From: Lama guanicoe
Lineage: Eukaryota
DNA length: 64,000 bases
Direction: 5' to 3'
Assembly: GCA_013239625.1 (NCBI GenBank)
Contig: MU053792.1
Span: 718,941 to 782,940 of the forward strand
The notes under the pieces were generated by a model that was not told the DNA's origin, made no database searches, and saw only the letters and a program-made list of their open reading frames with translations. The translations under genes were made by a program, and so were the position numbers. This document shows, in pieces, positions 25,630-40,100 of the stretch (position 1 is its first letter; the number at the start of each line of letters is the position of its first letter).

Positions 25630-26340
25630 AAACTAGGTGTTGATTTACACAGTTTGTGTATGTCAACTGATTCTTACGAAATAAGCACTGAAATAATTTG
25701 GAGTAAAGGGTCATGATGTATGCATTTTGTTATAGAAAAAAAGTATGTATATACCTATAAAATATGCCCAAGTGTATGCACATGTGTATGTGTGTGTAGA
25801 AATATATATTTGTGTATTTGTGTGTGTAAAATGTTAACTATAGGTAAATTTGTGTAAAAGACATATGGGTCTTGAATTATTTTTATTCTTAAACTTTTCT
25901 ATAAGTTAAAATTATTTCCGTAAGTAATAAAAATATGTGTGGGAATGTAACTGAAGTTATACTGAGAGGAAATTTCATAGTTTTGAAGATATTTATCATA
26001 AAACAACAAATTAGATGCAAATAAACTAAGCTTTCAACCCAAGAAGCTTAAAAAACAAAGAGACACATATTATATACTTAGATTAAACATGCAGAAAAAA
26101 TTTAATGCAGTCAAGGGAAGAAATTTATATACATGATTAATAAAACTGCAGGAAAGATTCTCCTACCCATTCATTGCTAAATAGGTCCCCATTCCCTCCC
26201 TGTGGAGATGAAACATTCTATTTAATGTTCATATATCTTGTCTTGCATCCCTCATATTTTATTTAAATAAAATCTGTATTCATCTGATTAAAGTAAGTCC
26301 TCATTCATTTTAATGCATAATTTTTTAGGGAATCCTTTAA
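25630..26340. mobile_element. Ancient L1ME-like fragments
   Basis: cactgaaataatttggagtaaagggtcatgatg..aaatgttaac..aacttttctataag (old L1 3' UTR) and actgagaggaaatttcatag..aactaagctttcaacccaagaagct (old ORF2). Confidence 0.5.
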
Positions 26341-28117
26341 AGTTGTTTCAGTGCTGCTCAAAATAACACATTAATCAAATAATATCTTTAAAAACATTTT
26401 TTTATGATTACACATACCATCACGATGAAGCCTAAGTTCATGGAAATATGAAAGAAGGCTTGGAAAAGTTCAGCTTCTAGAGCTCTTTTTACATATTGGA
26501 GTAACAGCCATCCATCACAATAATTTTAATAGGAATAATGAAAGTATAATAACAGTCCTCAAAGTGTTACTTCTCCCAACTCATCACTTCAAGGTGTCAG
26601 AAAGCGACACCAGTGAGCAAACAGGGGTGCTTCATGGGACCCAAGGTCAGGAATACAGAGAGGCCACAGTAAGGAAAAGGGACTGAGAAGTGAAAACCCA
26701 CCTAGCCAGGCAGGAGGATGCTCTTCAAGAGTGGGTCGGAGACAGTCACTCCACAGATACTGCTGCTCCGCAGATATTCCACGGATACGGAATCATGAGA
26801 CTAAGCGAGACTGAACTAGGTTCAGTCCTCTTCGCTTTTATTCCAAATTTCTATTAAAGGGAATTCTTGGCCCAGATTTGGCAAGAATTTCCCTTGTCCA
26901 AATAACTAGAGACAGTGGTGTCCTCATATGTAGTTTTCATTGATGCCTTCTAGTTTCTATTAATTCCCATTATTTCATTATAAATTAAGGGATTCCATAT
27001 TATAGACTGGATATTCAGAAAAGGGGATCATTTGTGCTATGCGCAAATCCCTAAATACATTTTTTGCAAAGATGCACACATCTTTTACAAATGCCAGTTT
27101 TAAATGAATATAAATAAAACCTTTAAATCACTAAGCAGAAGGGGAGATATTTAAGACACCAATCAAGCATGGGAAAACATTATTAAAAATCCCATCAGTG
27201 TCACAGATTATAGACCTCAGCTCATGCTCCATTTATATGATGATAGTAAGTTATCCATTGAAGAATAATATTCACATTTATATTCAGTAGCTCACATTTA
27301 TAGACTTCACATTTCAATTCAATAGCAGTTATTTGAAAGCTACGGAATGTCTGCTTTCAATGGTGCATCACCTGCTTCAAAATGGTGCTTAAAAGAGTAA
27401 GAACATCAGGATGATGAAATTACAGAGCACTGGTTAGTTATCAGAGAGATGAGTGCTGCAAGTCTACCCTGACCACCTGCTGACAGTGGTCCTCTCACGG
27501 GTCGTCTTCCCTCATGCTTTAAAAGCCTTCTAGGTTTTGTTACCTAAAATTTTATTACTGGGAATATATACTTATCTCTTACCAAGAACAGGGGGAAGAA
27601 GCCAGGTTTGTAGAATATCTTTACAATTGATGAGTGATGGGTGTTCTGTTGTTTGAAGAAGAAAGAAAAGCAGCAGACTTGAAAAACAGAAACATGAGAT
27701 GTTCCAGGAACCTAGATATCTATTAATTTGATAGATTACTTATAATATCTATTCTGTAGAATAAGAGTATCATTCAACACCACAAGCCATATACTGTCTT
27801 TTTCTGTCAATAAGATCTGCAGTCATGAAGACATATTCATGGGTCCACCACTCTACTGTAAAAGAAATTAGTTCACAATTCTTCTTGAAATGTGTCTCAA
27901 ACAGATATTCAAGTCATATTTTATTTTTAGGTATTATATCCAAATAAGGACAAAATATAAACATTCCAAGATGAAACAAATTAATATAGATATAAACTGA
28001 TGAAAAGTAATTGTTACTGTTGAAAGTTGAAAGCTCTTACAAGAAGAAATGTCTCTTACTTTCTGTTCTTATTGTTTCCAAATTGATGTCTGAATTTGTA
28101 TTAAAAATTTTACAAGA

Positions 28118-30676
28118 CAAATACCACTGATGAACATAGATGAAAAATCCTCAACAAAACATTAGCAAACAGAATCCAACAGCACATAAAAAAGATCATA
28201 CACCGTGATCAAGTTGAATTCATCCCAGGAACACAAAGATGGTTCAACATTCACAAATCAATCAGCGTGATACACCACATCCACAAAAGAAAGGGCAAAA
28301 ACCACATGATCATCTCAATAGATGCAGAAAAAGAATTTGATAGAATTCAACACCCATTTATGATGAAAACCCTTACCAAAGTGGGTATGGGGGAACATAT
28401 CACAACATAATAAAAGCATAATATGACAAACCTACAGACAGCATAGTACTCAACGGTGAAAAACTGAAAATCTTCCCACTAAAATTTGGGACAAGACAAG
28501 GTTGCCCACTCTCACCACTTCTATTCAACATAGTCTTGGAAGTCCCAGCCACAGCAATCAGGAAAGAAAAATAAATTAAAGAGATCCAAATAGGAAAAGA
28601 AGAGGTAAAATCATCACTATATGCAGATGACATGATACTATATATAGAAAACCCTAAAAGCTCCACCCAAAAACTACTAGAGCTAATAAAAGAATTCAGC
28701 AAGATAGCAGGATAGAAGATTAATGTACAAAATCAGTTGCATTTCTTTACACTAAGAATAAATCAACAGAAAAAGAAAAGAAAGAAACAATCCCTTTTAC
28801 AATTGCACCCAAGGCAATAAAATACTTAGGAATAAACCTGACCCAGGAAGTGAAAGACATATGCAGAGACCTACAAAATACTAACTAAGGAAATTAAAGA
28901 AGACCTAAAGAAATGGAAAGATATCCCATGCTCTTGGATTGGAAGAATCAATATTGTTAAAATAGCCATACTGCTCAAGGCAATCTACAGATTTAATGTG
29001 ATCCCTTTCAAATTACCCAGGACTTTTTTTGCAGAACTGGAACAAACAATCCTAAGATTTATATGGAATCACAAAAGACCCAGAATTACCAAAGCAATAT
29101 TGAAGAAAAAGAACAAAGCTGGAGGAATAACCCTCCCAGACTTCAGACAATGTTACAGAGCTACAGTCATCAAAACAGTGTGGTATTGATATAAAAACAG
29201 ACATATGGATCAATGAAACAGAATAGAGAGCCCAGAAATAAATCTACAGACCTATGGTCACTTAATCTTTGACAAAGGAGGTAAGAATATACAATGGAGA
29301 AAAGACAGTCTCTTCAGCAATTGGTGCTGGGAAAACTGGACAGCAGCATGTAAATAAATGACATTAGAACACTCCCCTACACCATACACAAAAATAAACT
29401 CAAAATGACTTAAAGACTTAAACATAAAACAAGATGCAATAAATCTCCTAGAAGAAAATATAGGCAAAACATTATTTGAAATAAATCTTAGCAATGTTCT
29501 CCTAGAGCAGTCTATCCAGGCAACAGAAATAGGAGCAAAAATAAGCAAATGGGACCTAAGTAAACTCATAAGCTTTTGCACAGCAAAGGAAACTGTAAGC
29601 AAAACAAAATGGCAACCTACGGAATGGGAGAAGATATTTGCAAATGATGAGACTGACAAAGGTTTAATTTCTAGAATATATAAACAGCTCATACAACTTA
29701 ATAACAAAAAAACAAGCAACCCAATCCAAAAATGGGCAGAAGACCTAAACAAGCATTTCTCCAGTGGAGACATACAAATGACCAATAGACGTATGAAAAA
29801 ATGCTCAATATCACTAGTTATGAGAGAAATGCAAATCAAAACTATAATGAGTTATTACCTCACATCAGTCAGAATGGCCATCATCCAAAGCCCACAAAGT
29901 CCATAAATGCTGGAGAGGGTGTGGAGAAAAAGGAACCCTCCTATACTGCTGGTGAGGATGTATGTTGTTGCAGCCACTATGGAAAACAGTATGGAGATTC
30001 CTCAAAAAACTGAAAATAGACTTACCATGTAATCTGGTAATCCCACTTCTGGGTATATATCCAGAGGGAACTCTTAAGTTGAAAAGATACATGCACCCCA
30101 ATGTTCATAGCAGCACTATATACAATAGCTAAGACAGGGAAGCAACCTAAATGTCCATCAACAGATGACTGGATAAAGAAGTTGTGGTATATTTGTACAA
30201 TGGAGTACTACTCAGCCATAAAATAGAATAAAATAATGCCATGTGCAGCAACATGGGTGGACCTGGAGATCATTCTAAGTGAAGTAAGCCAGGAAGAGAA
30301 AAAAAAAGATACCATATGATAACACTCATATGTGGAATCTGAAAAAAAAATGGGCACTATGAACCCATCTACAAAACAGAAATAGACTCAGACTTAGTAA
30401 ACAATCTTATGGTTACTGGGGAAAGAGGGTGGAAGGGGATAAATTTAGGAGTTTGAGATTTACAAATGTTAGCCATTGTATATAAAAATAGATATAAAAA
30501 TTTTCTTTTGTATAGCACAAGGAACTATGTTCAATATCTTGTAATAATCTTTAATGGAAATAAGTGTGAAAATGAATATATGTATATATATGCATGACTG
30601 GGATGTTGTGCTGTACACCAGAGATAGAGACGTTGTAATTGACTGTACTTGAATGAAACTAGAATAAACATCAACA
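28118..30676 (+). mobile_element. 5'-truncated L1 (2.56 kb; RT and C-terminal ORF2 plus 3' UTR), inactivated
   Basis: Perfect 15-bp TSD aaaaattttacaaga at 28103-28117 and 30677-30691 at a TT/AAAA site. RT motifs present (gacaaggttgcccactctcaccac = RQGCPLSP; tatgcagatgacatg = YADDM). Multiple stops and frameshifts. Confidence 0.97.
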
Positions 30677-30844
30677 AAAAATTTTACAAGATGAAAGAAA
30701 AAATAAGTATAACCATAATTCAATAGTGAAAAATTATACACTTTAGTGTGCTGGGGCCTGATACACTCAAAACACTAGCATTCCTTGTATGCTTTCCAAA
30801 ATTTAAGCATTTTATTTCTACAAATTTGAATGGTTTAAAGTGAC

Positions 30845-31105
30845 AAAAGGAAGACAGCAAAGGGGAGGAAAGAGACAGATGGGTGAAATAGGTGAGAGGG
30901 TTAAGGGGTACAGACTTCCAGTTATGAAGGAAATCAGTCATGGGGCTGTAACGTGTAGTATAGGAAATACCATCAATAAAATTGTAATAGCTCTGTTGGT
31001 GATCAATGACCACCACACAAAGTGGTAATCATCTCATAATGCATAAAAATATTGAATCATTATCTTATACACTAAGCTAATATAATGTTGTAAGATAATT
31101 ATACC
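30845..31105 (+). mobile_element. L1MA-like 3' UTR fragment
   Basis: gatgggtgaaataggtga..ggtacagacttccagttat..gtcatgggg..aatcattat..ctaatataatgttgta. Confidence 0.75.
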
Positions 31106-32909
31106 TAACTCATGTCAACATCATCTAATTCATATCATCAGTAGCCATTAAAGTTCTAGTCAAGTTGAAACAGCTAAGAGCAAAAATAATGCTTAGATTT
31201 TTAGACCAGTTTCAGAGTTGATACTATATTCAAATTGCTAATAACTGCTGATCTTGATTTGTATACTGATTTAATTATAGGAATTTTGTAATTGGCATTT
31301 GTCGCTGCTAAATTTAATACGTGCCACCAACCAATTTGGGAATGTTAACACTAGTCAGATACGATACCTCCATGATCTCCTCCATGATCCCTTTCTGTCA
31401 TTGCCTTGTTTCTCTGGGGTTTCTACAGAACCACACCACAATCTGAAATTCCATCACATAAAGCTCTCATTACCGTGGTAAGGTCTCTGACAGAGACATC
31501 TGAGCTCTGGTGTCTAATTCTTCTGCTACCTTTATGCATCCATCCATACTCCTGTTCTTTTTTTTTTCTCCTTCCACCATTCAGATTCTAAATTTTGAAT
31601 TTATCAAAGATGAAATTTCTAGATAAATAAGTTGCATAACTGTTTTTTTTATTTTTTGTTTTGCAATTTCTGGTTTACATTTCATGTGATATTGGTGATT
31701 ATTCTGTTGCTTATGAAAATAAAATTTAATGCTTCTGTACAGAACTAGTTCCCAGAGGGAAAAAAATTGTGGTTTAATTCAACTTTTTGAACTAAACAGT
31801 TCTTTTTAAAATCACTTATAATCCCCACAACATTCACATGGACAATAATACACAGTGTAACTTGTGCTTATTTTTAAAGTTCCAGTGAACCCAGAAGTAA
31901 ATTTTACCCAGGTGGCCTAGAAAAAAATGATTGGAGAAAGAATCTCTCCCCACTTTCAAAGAGAGAGAGGCATTTATTTCTTCACCGCAGATTTATTTTA
32001 CAATTAACAAAAAGGCATTAGGCTTTTTAAGAGATTTTTGCTTAAAGAGTCAGAGGAGACAATAGATGTTTGTTAACTGTGAAATAAACAAATCTGAAGC
32101 AGCAGATGGTAACTAACAAAACACTGCGGTTTCTAAAGCGTAAATGTGAGCTTGGTGCCTTGCTGAACGTGAGACAGTTACGATCATCTCACACGTGGTG
32201 TTTCTGGCCTGGGGCTTGGTTCTCTTATCAGATGTAGTTCCAATAACCCTTGACCTGCACAGTTCACACTTCTTCCCCACGGGGAAACTTACCTGATTGT
32301 GCTTCGTTCCCTTAGGATAGATCTAGATAGTTACTAATTAATCTCACAAATTCATAAGCGTTCACTTTTAATGAATGATTCTGAGTAAACATGCATCCTA
32401 CCAAGATAGGTGTTTATGTTAACATCGTTTCTCAGAAACAAAATTCCATATACCGAGGTTTTCATACTAAGAAATTCTCAAGTTTTTGAGACTTTCAGAA
32501 TGTATGATTTCATTTCAGTAAGAATAATAAACAACTAGTGAAGGATTATTGAATACCTTCTTATAACCAAGTGGTTTCAGTGTTTCCATCAATGTGTGAA
32601 TTTTTATTCCCCATTACACTGGCATCAAACCATAAAACCACGTTATATAGGGTGGGGTTCAGTTTTTAATAAGGTGGTGTTTCTCATATTAGGATTCATG
32701 GACTCCTAGGGGTCTGAAGGGGTTTGTGATTTCACGAGTTTGGGAAGCGCTACCTTAACCTGAGGACTGATTCGAAGGATAAGGAGCAGGATGTGGATTA
32801 AGCACTATTGCATGTAGATCTTTGTGTCCTTCTCAGATCACACCAAGGATCTCCCTACTCCTGCTCAATACAAGCCCAGCATGACTTCATGAACAGGAAG
32901 AGCAATGCT

Positions 32910-33190
32910 AGTGGGCTATGGAAAGTTCAAGGACTCTGGGTTCAAACAGACTTGGCTCAGGTTTAGATTCTGGCTTCAGTGCTTTCTGGTTGCTTATCCA
33001 ACTTTCCAAAGCTCAGGTAGGCCTGAGGGCTGAGTGAAATGATAAATGTAAAGTTATATCAGTGCTCAGATCAATACCTGGCCCATAGTAGCCACTTAAT
33101 AAAAGTTATGCCCTCTTAGTCAGAAACTAGCTTAAAATTGAGATTTTCTGACTCAGAATTCCATAGTTTTACTTTTATAATGCCATGCTG
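32910..33190. mobile_element. MIR fragments
   Basis: ggactctggg..cagact..attctggcttc..gataaatgtaaag..cctggcccatagtagccacttaataaa, plus an antisense piece at ~33120-33190. Confidence 0.55.
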
Positions 33191-33807
33191 CCCTTAAAAA
33201 AAAAAGTCAAAAGGAAAATAATTCAGGAAGAAATGTCTTTTACTGTTTCTATTTTTCCCCAAATATTTAACTCTCCAAAAAAAAAAAAGGAAAATATGTG
33301 TATTAACTTTATCATCACAGTGGATTAAAAGGTGATTTGAACTCATCTAATATGAGCAATTTAGCATATGCAGCTCTCAGACAGTTGGGAAAGTTTAAAT
33401 CCAAAACTAGGGGAACACAAAGTCACACAATCTTCTCATTTGCAGAGTCACTTTCAGTCTTAGCCCCACACAGCTGTTACACTGGGAATTATCCAATTGC
33501 ACAGAGATAGATCTCTTTCCATTCATTTGCATAATTCTGAATTCCTTTCAGAGGAAGCATAATGCCAGCGCAGAAGGATGAAGACTCAATAACAGTCATC
33601 CTTAGGAAGGATTCAACCAACTAGAACAGCTGCTCGTCAGAAATGTTGCAAAGCTTCCTTTTTCATCCATATGTTTCTTCCTGACAGTTGAAATTTCAAA
33701 ATCATACTGGATACTTTTTATTCAGGCATAGTATTAAAATATTTTTTCAATTGTGCTATTCAAAATATGGCAGACCTTGAAATAAGAAGAGATGAAACAG
33801 CTTCTGG

Positions 33808-33832
33808 TTGTGTGTGTGTGTTTGTGTGTGTG
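33808..33832 (+). repeat. (TG)n microsatellite
   Basis: About 12 TG units with one interruption. Confidence 0.9.
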
Positions 33833-34009
33833 TAAAAGAAAAAAAAAATCTTACCAGTCTATTACATGATTGAAACAATAAGGTATAAGGTCAAAAGACA
33901 AAATTAATATGAGAAAATGCACCAGCATTTGGCTTCACATTACTCAATTTCATGAAATTGCATTGTAATAAATTAATCACTTAAATGTTGATTTAGATGT
34001 AGCAAAATT

Positions 34010-34195
34010 ATTAGAGCATAATTATCTTCAATGCAATACTACCTGGATTTACATCCTGGCTTCACTTCCTTTATTTGTGTGACCTTGGGGTCCTTATCTC
34101 TCTGTACCTCACCCTAACATGTCAAATAAGATTAAGTTCATTTATGAAAAGTGCTTAGAACAGCGCCTGAATCGTCATAAACACTATGTAAGTTA
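34010..34195 (+). mobile_element. MIR SINE
   Basis: acctggatttacatcctggcttcactt..tgtgtgaccttggg..tctctgtacctc..aaagtgcttagaacagcgcctg. Confidence 0.75.
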
Positions 34196-37100
34196 CAGTT
34201 TCCATGATTAATATCATTTAATGTTATCCCAGAAATGTATGCCTGTATTGGTTTAGCAAATTAATTGCAATACAGTTTGGTAGACTTGTAATTAGATTTC
34301 ATTTGGAAAACATTTAATTTGGAAATTTAAAAAGAGCATTTTCTGTAGACATCTCAGCACTTGTATCATTTACATACAAGCTAGACAAATAGCTAGTAAA
34401 TTTCACTTCTGTTAATAAAATATTTAATTCAATATTAATTCTTGAATATGAGCATTTCACTGTTCAAATGCCATGAGTACAGGAGTCTGGCCCATCTTAA
34501 CTCATCTTTGTAACTTCAGTAATTTGCACAGTGCTGGGCATGTGTGAGCACTCAGTATGTGTTGAACGAATGAAGACTTTTTAAGGAAAGAGTGGAGACT
34601 GGCATAGTCTTCTTGAAATTTCTTATGGTTTTTTGTACAAATCATCTTTTCTGCTGCACCACAATAAATTATCAATTTTCCAAGGGTGGGTTATGCAAAG
34701 TTTAAATTTTACAAGTATTTCTTGCAATTGAAGATCCAAACATACTCATTTCACTGGCATAAATCAGATCTGTGTTGTTAAAAAGAAAGGACCTGTTAAA
34801 ATAAAATATAGCCTCCTTTGGAAAAATAATGTTTAAAAAAACGATTAGCATCACTTAATTGGAAGTACTACAGACGTGATTCTCAAATAGATATTTTGAT
34901 TCAGTGGATATGGGGTGGGTTCCAGAAATCTGCAGAAATTCTCCAATACGTATTGAAATTGGTTTGCACAGATTTATAAAGTATGTATATATTAATTATT
35001 ACTATTATATTGATGAGTTATATCAGTCTGAAAAGCATTAAATTTTGTTTTCACTATCAAAGGGGGAATAAGCAAGACATTACAAAAAGGATGGAGTGAA
35101 AAAACGTTAAATAAATGAAATTATTTAACATTAATTAAGATTGATTTAATCTATTGCTATAAGGCACCAAAGAGAAATAAATTGTTTCTTGGGAAGTTTA
35201 TAACTAATCATCACCTTCAGACATTTCTAAATCATGAACTAGGCATGCGTTGATTATATTGGCATAGCTTGGATTTTTAGTGTTTTTTTTAAATGATAGT
35301 CCTTCCCACTGGAAATTTACAATATAAATTGAGTTGTACTCACAGCCTTAAGGTGATACAACATCAAAAAATTCCCTGTTTCATATTTAACATCTTACAG
35401 CTAATCTCTCTTAACTGTTGTATTCTGCTCTTTAATCTAGTCCTAAAATCAAATCACTGAAACAAAAGAAAATCGTGGAGAACTCTTGCCAGTGCTATCA
35501 ATTGACTGGGATAAAAGCATTCATGCCTAGAATGAAACAGCTGCATTAATCAGCAGTTTGGACAATGTTTTGTAAAGTATGAATGCCCTCGTTATGACAC
35601 GTAAGATCACATCGCTGAGTTGAGTCTCTTATTGCAGTGGATTATCTCAAGTCGTGAGTGCAGTGAAACAATAGGTGTTTCTTTTTAGGTTCATTCATTG
35701 TAACAAATTTCAAAATTAATCATTTAAGCAATGTAGATTTTGCTTCTCAATATATTATTGATTTTTGAAACATTTATCTTTATAATGCTTTAATTTCTCC
35801 TTATGTGAATTTTTTAGGTGAAAGATTGCATATTAAACAGAATCCAAGACTGGAGTATACTCATTCATTCAACCAGACATTGTCATGTGCTGATGTATCA
35901 TGCAGTGTGCTAAATTCTCAGGATTAAATGATAGTAAGTTATAGTGCATACTAACTAGTCTTTCTCTTCTAATTCAGTAGGGGGGGAAATCTTGCCCCAC
36001 AGTCAAGGTCTTTTATTACGTGAGGTTATTTTGCTTTTTTTAGTAAGGGAAGCTTAAGAGTTATGTTACCATTACTCTGCAGCAGAAGCTCTGTTATAAT
36101 CGTTAATCCACAAAACAGTGGTTTTAATTGAATCACGAGCAATTCCACTGCGAATTAGACTGTAAACATGCTATTAAGGTGCATCTTGGACTTTCAGAAA
36201 AGAAAAATGGACTCCTTCATGGAAGGAGAGAAAGCTGCTTCAGAGAGGAGGTCAACGGAAAGCTGTCAAGGCCAACACTCAGCCCCGTGGAGAAGGAGAT
36301 ATGGTTCTCTGATTCTCCTAGCTTCTCCTCCAAAAACAACTGGCAAGCACTCTTTTCCTTAGTGCACGTTTTAAACATTAACAGCAATTCCCATTCCTGA
36401 CATTCTGGTAGAAAGAACAGAGAGACTCTAACTTGGTAGCTCAGGCCAAAGACAATTGAATACCAACCTCAGTTCAGTTCCGAAACTGTTCAAAACCTGT
36501 TTTGCTGTGCATGAAGGAGTCAAAGGTATTTGACGTTATTAGCTTAGACTCAAAATAATTCATAAATGATTATATAAAGCTTTATAATGTAAATTTGGGG
36601 AGACATAGCAAGTGAGCAATAGTGATTATTTTTCCCCAATCTATTAGAAGTATGTAAAGCTCCATCTTGTTTGTGTAGAGCTGTATTAGTGTCCCTGAAG
36701 AACACAGGAAAACACGAACATTTCTCCCTGCAGGATGGAGCTGGGAGAGATCTAAGAGCAGGGAAACATTCTGCAAACCACATAAGACAGTCTGTAAGAG
36801 GTGGAGAATTCTGTGCACTTCTAAGTTCAGAAACAGCAAAGCTGATAAAGACTGAATCATTCAAGTATTATTGATATCACACAAGTTTAATATTTTTAAA
36901 TGTTGGTTATGTACCATTTTTATAAAGTAAAAAGATGAATTGTGACATTGTCCCTAGTATGGGGTTTCATTTTTGTAATATTAGCATTAGCACTGAAAAT
37001 GGAATGTCTTTACAATAATCTACTTCTGCTTAATGAATAGGAGTGGATCAATTGTCATTACAAAGACGAGCTTCTCCCCCTAAACCAAAGAGAAAAAGTC

Positions 37101-40100
37101 ACATGGAATCAGTCCATGTTTGATTAACAACACTAATACCAAATACTATTGTTGATGATAAAATTATGTTCAATAAAAACTGAAATTGAATGACTATGTG
37201 CCAAAATATCATTTTAGAAATTGCAATGTGCTATTTTAAAAATGGTATTAAAATATCCTAAACAAACCCATAAAACTCTATGTGATGGTTCTAAAATTAA
37301 TAGAACTAAGAACATCACTGTTACTTTCAATGAACAGCTGCAAATATCCATGCAAATAAATGGTAGAGGGGAAAAAAAGCCTTTCCATCACTGGTCAACG
37401 TTTCCAAGACTGGTTGGATTCAAAACTAGAAGTCACATACTGAAATAAGGACAGTTTATTAAAGTCCTGGAAAATTCTTATAGTTGTGATAAAATATATT
37501 CATATAAAATTAAGACAGTGACATGAAAATTATGCTAAAAATGTAGAAGGATGAAATCTGGACTTCTAGAGTCAAAGGAAGTTAGTGCTCACAACTGAAA
37601 TATCTACAGTCAAATACAGGCGGTGGACATGTCTCGCCACACACAGGTGGAGGAAAGCATTTAATGGATTCTGTCCTCATTCCGAAAATAAAATCGAACC
37701 AAAAGTGGGATGGGGGTGTTGTTTCCAGAGTATAAATAAACTCATATTGCTTATTTTTTAAAAAGCAATTTTTTGGAACAAAGAACAGAAACTTTTTATA
37801 CTTACAAACAGAACTGATAAAAACCAAAAAGACGTAAGATTCATGCAGTACAAATTAAGATGTTAATTCCTTGAGATGATGAAATACAGATCTATAAAAA
37901 TAGCAGTAGGCTGCTAGTCTCGTGAATGGCATCCATCAGAGGCCACCCCGGGTAGCCTCTTACCAACGGTTCAAGGTTTCTGTTAGAGCTCAGGCTGCTG
38001 GGACTCGTCCCATGATGACTCAAGCCCCAATTAATTTTCATTGTCTCTGAACTCATTTAGAACACAAAGAATTTAGCACTAATTGTAGCACGTACGCGTG
38101 CAAAGTCAAATGCATGTTTAAGCAAATTTTCCAAGTATTCAGAGAGAAGGTGTGTGTATCCTAGTGCTTCTGCTTGGTTCTTGCAACACAAGCTGCCTCC
38201 GTGCTGGAGCTGAAGGGCCCGGACCTGACCTGGCACCGTGATCCTGAGCAGCTCTGTCTCTTCCGGCCTTGCCTTTTCCTGCTAGAAAATAATCAGAGTC
38301 AATCATAACTACTCGGTGATTACAGCTCAACAATTCAAATTCTGTTACCTTATTTCTGTTGACATGACTTAAAAGGAAAACACAGAAGATAATATTCTGA
38401 CCTGAAGGGAAATTAAAGCTTACAGAAGCAAATTCTCTAAATGAATATCTTTAATGTCATTGTTGCCCAGGGTGCCTTTACTGGCCAAAAGAAGCAGCGC
38501 ATGCACACACACAAAAATTGCTAAGTGAAGCCATTGTGATATTCGTAACAGTCCTAAATGTCAGTTTGAAGAATAGGCCGCCTCTTCTGAAGCACTCCTA
38601 TTTAAAACGGAGTGGACAGCAACACTGATGGATGGTCGAGTCACAGTCTGAGTCACACAAGGGGACTTTATGCTTCTGCAAGTGAGGAGAAAAAGGCAGA
38701 ATTTTTTTCCATCACTCTCACACAGCTATGAAATGCTGTTAGCTATTCAAAATGCAAAACTGACTACCAAAATCTGAGAGAAGATAATCTATTCTTTCCT
38801 TCCACCTGCGTGGGGAAGAACCACAGGCTGGGTGGGAACTTCTGGAAATTTCTTTATACTGTGTCCTTTCTACATTCTTTTACCATACAAACTGTTTTCT
38901 CTTGCTAACCTGTCAAAGAGACATCTGCTACCTTTATAGAAGCCAACACACATTGGTACGTGTCATGCTTTGGTTACTCAGTGCCAACATTCTGGAACAA
39001 ATCTTCTTACTAAGTAAAGCTTCATCTGGAAACATTTTTCAGCTACGTCAATCACTAGGGGACATGCGTTTCCCGTCGTCAGCTTCAGACACCAGCAGCC
39101 GGTGATGTGTGAGCTGAGTTATGTTCTCCCATGCTGCAGAAACGACATGCTACCTCTGCAGCTCCCTTGCCAGTTTTTAAACTACGCTGTCAAGTACAGA
39201 CAATGAAGAAAAAAATACAAAGCCTTCCTAATATAACTTTAATGCCCTTGTGCACCGTTCTTCCATTACTTTTCCCCGTTCTGTCTCAAGTCAGAGATCT
39301 AAAAAGATTAGATGTAATGCTATAAACTGAAAAATGTGACAGGCCTAGAAGCCTCAGTACAGGTGTGCAAGATACAGGAGCTTATCATGTTACTACTGAC
39401 ATTTTAAATTTAATGCTTTGATATATTTGTTTTTTAAAAAGGGTTTTTTTTTAAAGATCTGAAGAAATGATGAAAAGAGTTAAGGCCTGAAGAGGCAAGT
39501 TAAAATTATAATTGTTGCATGTAAAATAATGTATATCTCCATTTACATCCTATGTGACTTGATCATTGCATGCTCTTCTGCCCTAAAGAATTTTGGCTGC
39601 CCATTGCAGAACCATCCTCAGACTGACAACATTCTGCCTTATTTATCACCACTCAGAGTCTGTGTCAGCACATCCAGTGACTTCTGTGAGTGTTGGCCTC
39701 CCACTGGGTGGGCGATAAGCTTGAGTGTTCCATCCTTTTAAGGGCTGGGGGAACTTCCAGCCCAGATGGCCCTCTTGCTGGTCCTATCTGAGGGTTGTTT
39801 TGTTTTCTTTTGTTTCCCCTCTAGGCTGGCTAATTTAATATAGGATTTATCTGAGCAAGTTTGGTCTGACCCTACAAAAGATAATAATATATTTGAACTA
39901 TGAATTATAGTGCTGCCTTAAAAACCAAAGTCAGTAAAGCTCTGTCCCACAGTGGCAAAGGAAAGCCGTGATACGTGGTTACGTGTGTCGATACTAACAG
40001 GACCAGGTATGCTCTATTTGGTTGCTTGGTCTCAAAAAACAATGTGCACTTCATACCCACTGTCTTTCTATAGAAGAGACTGGGATTTTTTTTAATTCAC

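Noticed and set aside
27407..27484. C/D-box snoRNA-like arrangement (ATGATGA ... CTGA)
   Set aside because: Only a 2-bp terminal stem and no guide complementarity that I recognise. Such boxes occur by chance (also at 2707, 38012 and 63864).
29258..29839. 193-aa minus-strand ORF
   Set aside because: Antisense reading of L1 ORF2; the same peptide type recurs at 9090-9362 and 56890-57144. Not a host gene.
36128..36400. Overlapping 90-aa and 64-aa ORFs in unique DNA
   Set aside because: No recognisable protein, no convincing splice signals, and no poly(A)/TSD of a retrocopy.
37799..37832. Minus-strand micro-exon-like pattern (tttttatcag|ttctgttt|gtaagt)
   Set aside because: 8 nt, frame-shifting, weak exonic donor context and no supporting neighbouring exons.
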